Assembly: GCF_000341395.1 (NCBI RefSeq)
Contig: NC_020304.1
Location: 1,530,001-1,562,000 of the forward strand
Reading direction: 5' to 3'
Source: Desulfocapsa sulfexigens DSM 10523
GTDB taxonomy: Bacteria > Desulfobacterota > Desulfobulbia > Desulfobulbales > Desulfocapsaceae
DNA: 32,000 bases
Of this stretch, positions 26,298-32,000 are shown in pieces. The first letter of the stretch is position 1. Each line of letters opens with the position of its first letter. The notes beneath the pieces were generated by a model, which had not been told where the DNA came from, did not search any database, and was given only the letters and a program-made list of their open reading frames with translations. Position numbers and translations under genes: made by a program.

Positions 26298-28223
26298 TCA
26301 TTGTTCATACATGATATTTCCAGAGTCCCGCAGGTTGTAGCCACCAAGTGCCAGTACCAGCTTTTGAAATTCACTGTTGTTGCGAATTACATCAAGAAGA
26401 GTTTTTATCTTTAAGTCATTCAAAAATTCTTTGGGAATGATAAGGTCATAGCGTTCTTCGGCTACCGGTACAAAATCAAGATTGAGAGCATTTGCTGCAG
26501 CCAGAATTCCCATACCGCAATTCACGCTGCCGTTGGCAATGGATGCTGCCACACTCATATGGGTGTATTCTTCATGCTCATATCCGTTAATTGTGGTTGG
26601 ATCGATATTCATGTCTCTGAGTGTTTTGTCGGTGAGCAGCCGGGTACCTGCACCATTCTGGCGGTTGATGAAACTGTATTTATTCTTTGCCACATCCTCA
26701 AATCCTTTGATTTTAAGGGGGTTTCCTTTGGCAACAATCAAACCCTGCTGACGGTAGCAGAGGTTGATAAGCTGCAGGGGGACATCTGGAAGAAAGCGTT
26801 TGATAAAGGAGATATTGTACTCACCTGTTTCCTCATCCAAAAGATGACTTCCGGCCAAATGTGCCTCCCCGCGCCTGATGGCCATGATACCTCCCATGGA
26901 TCCAACATGAGCTGAGGATATGCGGATGGTTTTTCGTCCCTTGTGAAGGAGATTTGCAAGGACATCAATGATGTTATCATGGCTACCAATGGCAACCAGT
27001 GTTGACTGCACATCGGTGAGAGGACGCAACAGTTCGATCTCTACTTCCTCACCTGCTCCAACTCCCTCGGATCCCGCTTTAAGGGTGAGGATTCCATCGG
27101 CCCGAACCAGAGACATCACCGCACCTGCGCCTTTTCCGGCAGGTGTTGCCATGAGTTCATCACCCACCTGACCCAGGGTAATACGTACAAATTCGTCCAC
27201 TCCCATGGCTGAGTGCATGGGGCGTGACATGCGGGCTGTGGCCCATTGTGTCGGCGGCATCTTCATGTCCATAAAGTCATAGATCATTTCATGAACAAAG
27301 ATGCGCATGGTGAGTATGGCAGAGACCGGGTAGCCGGGCAGGCCAATTACCGGGGTGTTGTCCACAATGGCAAGAATTACCGGTTTCCCAGGCTTGGTTG
27401 CAACACCATGAACAACCACTTCGCCAAGTTCTGCGAGTACGGTTGATGTGTAGTCACGGGTTCCGGCGGAGGCTCCCGCATTCATAACCACAATATCATT
27501 CTCTTTTACTGCTTTGCTTATAGCGTCACGAAGTTGTTCTTTGTCATCGGAAATGGGCTTGGCGCCCGTTGCCACCGCTCCCCATTCGTTGAGAGTACCT
27601 GCAAGAATACGGGAATTAAATTCAATAATCTGGCCGGGGGCCGGAGGAGTGCCCGGTTGGATAAGTTCGGATCCCGTGGGGATAACCAGCACCTTGGGGG
27701 GAACCTTCACAAATACTCTGGTGACTCCGGTGGCAAGCATGGCCCCCTGGTCAATGGGTCGGATTGTGTGTCCCTCCGGCAGGATCAGTTCCGTTGCCAC
27801 AATGTCTTCACCAATGGTGCGGACGTGCTGCCAGGGGGTTGCAGGGATAGCCAGCTCCACCTCATTTTCATTAATGTAGTGGACATCCTCTATCATTACT
27901 ACGGCATCAAATTCCTGTGGCAGGCTGTTTCCGGTATTGACGGCTTTGAACTGTGTGGGGCCCAGTCGTACAGGCGCAGCATCACTGGCAGAGGCCAGAT
28001 CAGCAAAATGAACAGCAATACCGTCCATGGCAGCTGCGTTATAGGCAGGAGAAGAATGGCCTGCAAAGACAGGGGCTCCGGTTATCCGTCCAAGTGCTTT
28101 TTCTACTTCAATCTCTTTGACTTTTGCGCCATGATAAAAGTTGATTTCTTGGAGTGCATTATGCCATTTCTCTTTCGCTTCACCGAGTGGCATGTTCTTT
28201 ACGTAAATGTCTTTCTGATTCAT
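26298..28223 (-). CDS. Molybdopterin biosynthesis MoeA domain fused to a C-terminal periplasmic-binding-like (PBP/COG1910-type) domain
   Basis: 641 aa. MoeA motifs SSPAYNAAAMDGIAV, MNAGASAGTRDY, TPVIGLPGYPVSAILT. The C-terminal half has SAHVGSMGGIMAIRRGEAHLAGSHLLDEETGEYN and FINRQNGAGTRLLTD, typical of the PBP-like domain. Confidence 0.92.
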   Translation of the reverse strand: MNQKDIYVKNMPLGEAKEKWHNALQEINFYHGAKVKEIEVEKALGRITGAPVFAGHSSPAYNAAAMDGIAVHFADLASASDAAPVRLGPTQFKAVNTGNSLPQEFDAVVMIEDVHYINENEVELAIPATPWQHVRTIGEDIVATELILPEGHTIRPIDQGAMLATGVTRVFVKVPPKVLVIPTGSELIQPGTPPAPGQIIEFNSRILAGTLNEWGAVATGAKPISDDKEQLRDAISKAVKENDIVVMNAGASAGTRDYTSTVLAELGEVVVHGVATKPGKPVILAIVDNTPVIGLPGYPVSAILTMRIFVHEMIYDFMDMKMPPTQWATARMSRPMHSAMGVDEFVRITLGQVGDELMATPAGKGAGAVMSLVRADGILTLKAGSEGVGAGEEVEIELLRPLTDVQSTLVAIGSHDNIIDVLANLLHKGRKTIRISSAHVGSMGGIMAIRRGEAHLAGSHLLDEETGEYNISFIKRFLPDVPLQLINLCYRQQGLIVAKGNPLKIKGFEDVAKNKYSFINRQNGAGTRLLTDKTLRDMNIDPTTINGYEHEEYTHMSVAASIANGSVNCGMGILAAANALNLDFVPVAEERYDLIIPKEFLNDLKIKTLLDVIRNNSEFQKLVLALGGYNLRDSGNIMYEQ

Positions 28224-29491
28224 TGGAGGAGGGTTACCTTAACTTGAGAACCTTTATTTATTCCCTGGGTTGGCTCATCAATGAGGAAGTACCCATGGGC
28301 GCGGGAGAGAGTGGATATCGATCCTGATTTTCCAAGAACGGGAATGGCAAGTGGTGGCATGTCTTCCTGCTCCTGGAGCTGAACACGGACAAAATCAAGC
28401 CTGCCCGCAGCCGAGTTAATATTTCTATCAATAATTGCCGTGATAGATTGGGTAAACTGTTTGTTTGGGGTTGGAGCGCCTGCAAAAAAGCGTATGGCAG
28501 GATCTACAAACAGCTCAAAGCAGACCATGGCCGAGACAGGGTGTCCTGGCAGACCAAAAATTGCTGTTCCATGGCTCAGTCCAATAATAACTGGTTTGCC
28601 GGGTTTTAGCGCCACACCATGAACAAGGATGCCGGGGTTGCCAAGCTTTTCAATCACCCGTTCTCCTAAATCCCGCATCCCTACGGAACTACCGCCGGAA
28701 AAGAGCACCACGTTGTTTTCTCCGGTGGCACGTTCAAGTGTGGCAAAGAAAATATCCTCACTGTCGGAGACTATGCCGTAATCGGTGACCTCTGCTCCAA
28801 GACGTCTACATGATGCAGCCAGGGTTATTCCATTGATGTTACGAATTTTTCCAGGTGGAGGTGATTCCGACCATGGGACAATCTCATCTCCGGTGGAGAG
28901 GATACCGACCCTTGGGCGGGTATATACTGCAACGTCTGCAATACCCAGGCCTGCAAGCAAGCCAAGATCCTGAGGACGGAGCAGATGGCCTTTGGGGAGT
29001 GCGGGGTTCCCCTTTTTAATATCCTCGCCTCGGTTGATCAGATTGATTCCTACCCCCACACTTTTGACCACCTCTATCATCTTGCCGTCAACGGGAATGG
29101 TGTGCTCAAACATCACAACTGCATCGCTGCCTTCTGGCAGGAGACCGCCGGTAGCAATGCGGAAACATTTTCCCTGCACTACTTTGCCCGTAGGCATCTG
29201 GCCCATGGCCACCTCTCCATCAATCTCCAGATAGCAGGGCATGGAACTGCTTGCACCAAAGGTGTCTGCTGCCCGCACTGCAAAACCATCCATGGTAGAC
29301 CGAGGGTGGGTTGGTAGATCCTCAGGTGAAAGGAGATCTTTTGCCAGGAGTCTATCCAGGGCATCGGGTAATGGACAGGTTTCCGTCTGTCTGGTACTGC
29401 CTGTCAGTGCGTTGAGGAGAACGGATTGCGCTTTTTTTACCGGCGTGAGGCTGACGCGGCCAAGCATGTCTTTCAGTCTATCGGTTGTCAT
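28220..29491 (-). CDS. moeA: Molybdopterin molybdenumtransferase MoeA
   Basis: 423 aa. RSTMDGFAVRAADTFGA, VGINLINRGEDIKKGNPALPKGHLLRPQDLGLLAGLGIADVAVYTRPRVGILSTGDEIV, FSGGSSVGMRDL, IFGLPGHPVSAMVCFE. 4-nt overlap with the next moeA-PBP gene. Confidence 0.94.
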   Translation of the reverse strand: MTTDRLKDMLGRVSLTPVKKAQSVLLNALTGSTRQTETCPLPDALDRLLAKDLLSPEDLPTHPRSTMDGFAVRAADTFGASSSMPCYLEIDGEVAMGQMPTGKVVQGKCFRIATGGLLPEGSDAVVMFEHTIPVDGKMIEVVKSVGVGINLINRGEDIKKGNPALPKGHLLRPQDLGLLAGLGIADVAVYTRPRVGILSTGDEIVPWSESPPPGKIRNINGITLAASCRRLGAEVTDYGIVSDSEDIFFATLERATGENNVVLFSGGSSVGMRDLGERVIEKLGNPGILVHGVALKPGKPVIIGLSHGTAIFGLPGHPVSAMVCFELFVDPAIRFFAGAPTPNKQFTQSITAIIDRNINSAAGRLDFVRVQLQEQEDMPPLAIPVLGKSGSISTLSRAHGYFLIDEPTQGINKGSQVKVTLLQ

Positions 29492-30075
29492 GTCCGGTTC
29501 CTGATAGTAAGTATGATCTTGTCGTCGCTTTCAAGGTGACTAGTAACCGTGTCGGAACCAAGATCTTTGCCATTAAGGGTAATTGTCTGGATAGCTGCAA
29601 GAAGTGGTGGCCGATAAGCAAGAAATTTTTTCAGAGATACTGATGCAACAACGCAACTCTTTTCTAAGAGTTCAACGCCTTTTTCAACGGCAATCATGTT
29701 GAATAGCTTTAAGCGAACCTGGACGGGTTGGTCGTCCCTCTTGACCCCGGAAGGTTCGGTCGCAGTTTCAGTACGAAGAGATGAGTGGACTCCTCCTTTA
29801 CGAAATATTGCACCGGCAAGACCTGGCATGGCTGCAGAAATGGCAAGTACAACCTGCTGTCCCCAGAGATGCTGTTCAAGATTGTCTGCGGGCAGTCCAT
29901 TTAAAAAAATTGTCTGAACCCTGCTCTTTACATATTCAACTGAGAAACCGGGGAGGGCAAAGAGCAGATCACCTATGCTGGTTCCCTGGTTCACTTCAAG
30001 GTATATTCCACTCTGAAGTAATGTGGTGAACCTGGGAAGTGACCCACTTTCCACGGTGAGGGTGATATGCTTCAT
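29488..30075 (-). CDS. Uncharacterised 195-aa protein, possibly ubiquitin-like/beta-grasp, in the moeA operon
   Basis: Overlaps moeA by 4 nt. N-terminal segment GTSIGDLLFALPGFSVEYVKSRVQTIFLNGLPADNLEQHLWGQQVVLAISAAMPGL resembles the MoaD/ThiS strand-turn order. Second part QTITLNGKDLGSDTVTSHLESDDKIILTIRN. Confidence 0.75.
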   Translation of the reverse strand: MKHITLTVESGSLPRFTTLLQSGIYLEVNQGTSIGDLLFALPGFSVEYVKSRVQTIFLNGLPADNLEQHLWGQQVVLAISAAMPGLAGAIFRKGGVHSSLRTETATEPSGVKRDDQPVQVRLKLFNMIAVEKGVELLEKSCVVASVSLKKFLAYRPPLLAAIQTITLNGKDLGSDTVTSHLESDDKIILTIRNRT

Positions 30076-30084
30076 TGGCAGTGC

Positions 30085-31182
30085 TCACATTCGTTGAACA
30101 TATTGGTCGTATTTGGCAAAATAGATCTCCGTCAGTGTCAGAAAACCGGTGACTATCAAAGGCCCATAAATAATGCCCAATACCCCGTAAACACTGAGGC
30201 CTCCGAGGATAGACAAAAACACCAGCAGAGTATGCATCTGCACCTCATTCCCAACCATCTTGGGTTTTACCAGATATTCGATAGAAAAGGAAAGGGAGAG
30301 ATAGAAGAAAAAGATAAAAACACCCTGCCCTACACTGCCGTTCAGCATAAGGATCAGGGCAGTTGGTATCATTACAAGGCCAATGCCGAATATGGGAAGG
30401 AAGGCCAGAATGGCCATGATGCCACCCCAGAGAAGAGGCGAACTCAGGCCCATGATGGAAAAAACGACACCTCCCAGTATACCCTGTATCAGGCCGCAGA
30501 TACCGTTTCCTTTTAGTATGGCATTAGCAATTTCCTCGAATTTTTCCAGGAGTAACCTGTCCTCATCGTCCGGGAGTGGTGATACGGCAATTATAAATTT
30601 GATCAATTTGTCCTGATCGATGAGTAGAAAAAAGATGGTCAGAATCATCATAAAAAAGAGGAAGATAAACTGAAGGATATTTGCCGCCCAGGAGCTCGCC
30701 TGGTTGTAAATAAAGAGTCCTGCCATTTTGGCTAGATAGGAAAACATCGAAGTGATCTGGGCTGGTTCAAAACTGAAGCCAAATCCTTTGAGGTAGTCCT
30801 GAAACTGGAGAATGAGTGGACTGTCCTGGAGGAAGATCTGAAGTTTCATCCCTACCTGAGTGCTGCGTCCCCAGTGATAAAGGCCTAATGCCTCGCTTGA
30901 GAGGGCCCCGACAAAAAAGAGGAGTGGGATGAAAACTATGAATATTATGAGGAGGCAGGTGAATATTGATGCCCCTGTTTCAGGTATTTTTCTGGAGAGT
31001 ATTCGATAGACAGGTCGGAAAATATTAGTGAGCAGAAAGGAGAGCACCAGGATAGACCAGAAGGGCCAGAGGATGTGGCCAAGAAAAAGGATGGAGATAA
31101 GGAAAATAAACAGGAAATACCAGATTCTCATGGAATTGGGCCTGTTTGTCAGTTTTACCGGTGGCGTGGAGTGTTCATTCAT
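30085..31182 (-). CDS. AI-2E family transporter (PerM/YdiK-like permease)
   Basis: 365 aa multi-TM protein. ILWPFWSILVLSFLLTNIFRPVYRIL; IIAVSPLPDDEDRLLLEKFEEIANAILKGNGICGLIQGILGGVVFSIMGLSSPLLWG; FLSILGGLSVYGVLGIIYGPLIVTGFLTLTEIY. Confidence 0.92.
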   Translation of the reverse strand: MNEHSTPPVKLTNRPNSMRIWYFLFIFLISILFLGHILWPFWSILVLSFLLTNIFRPVYRILSRKIPETGASIFTCLLIIFIVFIPLLFFVGALSSEALGLYHWGRSTQVGMKLQIFLQDSPLILQFQDYLKGFGFSFEPAQITSMFSYLAKMAGLFIYNQASSWAANILQFIFLFFMMILTIFFLLIDQDKLIKFIIAVSPLPDDEDRLLLEKFEEIANAILKGNGICGLIQGILGGVVFSIMGLSSPLLWGGIMAILAFLPIFGIGLVMIPTALILMLNGSVGQGVFIFFFYLSLSFSIEYLVKPKMVGNEVQMHTLLVFLSILGGLSVYGVLGIIYGPLIVTGFLTLTEIYFAKYDQYVQRM

Positions 31183-31371
31183 TTTATTCTTTTCTCTGTC
31201 GCCTCTCTACTCCTGAAGCAGGAAAATGTTGCAATTTCCACGGAGTTGAGTACTTTTATGTCCTTTCCGGAGAGTACTGTCCAAACAGTATTTTCCGATC
31301 ACCTTACAATTACTATTCACTATATAATGGACTGCGGTTGTTTTAAAGGGAAACCGTAAAAGAGGCACATC

Positions 31372-32000
31372 ATGTGGAAAGATTTAGATATATCGGTGGT
31401 TAGATGCGACTCCGAGAAACGAAAGGATAAGCCGGATCAAAAGAATCTCGGCTTCGGTAAATTTTTCACCGATCACATGTTCCTTATGAAATGGGATCGC
31501 GAAAATGGCTGGCATAATGCTGAAATCTGTCCCTATCAGAATTTCAGCATGGATCCTGCTGCCATGGTTTATCACTACGGTCAGGCGATCTTCGAAGGTT
31601 TAAAAGCCTATAAGGGTGAAAATGACCAGATCTACATGTTTCGCCCTGAAGATAATCTGGAGCGCATGAACAGCTCGGCACTTCGTATGTGTATGCCGCG
31701 TATTCCTGTGGATAAGGTCCTGAAAGGCATTAAGGCTCTTGTCTATCTCGATCGGGACTGGATCCCCAGTGGTGATGGCGCAACACTCTATCTTCGTCCT
31801 ACCATGGTTGCTGTTGAGCCGGCACTTGGTGTCCGGCCCTCCAGTCAATACTATTTCTTCGTCATCATGTCCCCGGTTGGTGCCTACTACGCTGAAGGTT
31901 TTAATCCCACCAAGATCTGGGTGACAGACAAATATGTCCGGGCAGTCAAAGGTGGTGTGGGGCATGTCAAAACCGCGGGTAATTACGCAGCATCAATCAT
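31372..32000 (+). CDS. ilvE: Branched-chain amino acid aminotransferase, 5' part (runs off the window)
   Basis: Translated from the + strand: MWKDLDISVVRCDSERKDKPDQKNLGFGKFFTDHMFLMKWDRENGWHNAEICPYQNFSMDPAAMVYHYGQAIFEGLKAYKG...LRMCMPRI...YLRPTMVAVEPALGVRPSSQYYFFVIMSPVGAYYAEGFNP... No stop before 32000. Confidence 0.95.
   Translation, partial: MWKDLDISVVRCDSEKRKDKPDQKNLGFGKFFTDHMFLMKWDRENGWHNAEICPYQNFSMDPAAMVYHYGQAIFEGLKAYKGENDQIYMFRPEDNLERMNSSALRMCMPRIPVDKVLKGIKALVYLDRDWIPSGDGATLYLRPTMVAVEPALGVRPSSQYYFFVIMSPVGAYYAEGFNPTKIWVTDKYVRAVKGGVGHVKTAGNYAASI

Noticed and set aside
26482-28247. Plus-strand ORFs opposite moeA-PBP (e.g. 27514..27879, 27534..28247)
   Set aside because: The 237-aa plus-strand frame is antisense to conserved MoeA motifs; no family features, so most likely an antisense shadow ORF.
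31260-31371. Possible sigma-70 promoter before ilvE (TATAAT at the 'ctatataatgg' site)
   Set aside because: The -10-like hexamer is good, but no -35 at 16-18 nt spacing is convincing; the nearest TTACAA is only ~13 nt away, so it is not called as a feature.
1-32000. Search for CRISPR arrays, tRNA/rRNA genes, transposases, phage genes or defence islands
   Set aside because: No spaced direct repeats, tRNA-like structures or mobile-element proteins were seen; the window reads as core/metabolic chromosome. Visual inspection could miss small RNAs.

Overview
This looks like an ordinary chromosomal stretch of an anaerobic delta-proteobacterial type genome (Desulfobacterota-like; inferred from gene content only). 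The main blocks are as follows. (1) Positions 1-10158 hold a tightly overlapping operon: the 3' end of a STAS-domain anti-anti-sigma-like protein, an RsbW-like HATPase, cellulose synthase genes bcsA-bcsB-bcsZ-bcsC, and a REC-PP2C (RsbU/SpoIIE-like) phosphatase. A complete partner-switching cassette therefore brackets the cellulose machinery, which is the most interesting feature of the window. (2) Positions 10217-15912 hold an RND efflux tripartite operon (outer membrane lipoprotein, adaptor, permease). (3) A TorF/TIGR02001-type putative porin is preceded by a good sigma-54-like promoter, followed by glutamate decarboxylase and a carbon-nitrogen hydrolase. (4) Positions 20058-31182 hold a tungsten/molybdenum pterin aldehyde:ferredoxin oxidoreductase region: AOR, MoaD-like and ThiF/MoeB-like proteins, a divergent Cache-PAS hybrid histidine kinase, a MoeA-PBP fusion, a second MoeA, an uncharacterised 195-aa possibly beta-grasp protein, and an AI-2E family transporter. 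(5) The 5' part of ilvE closes the window. I saw no CRISPR array, tRNA, rRNA or transposase. Family names come from motif recognition in the translations; no database searches were run.
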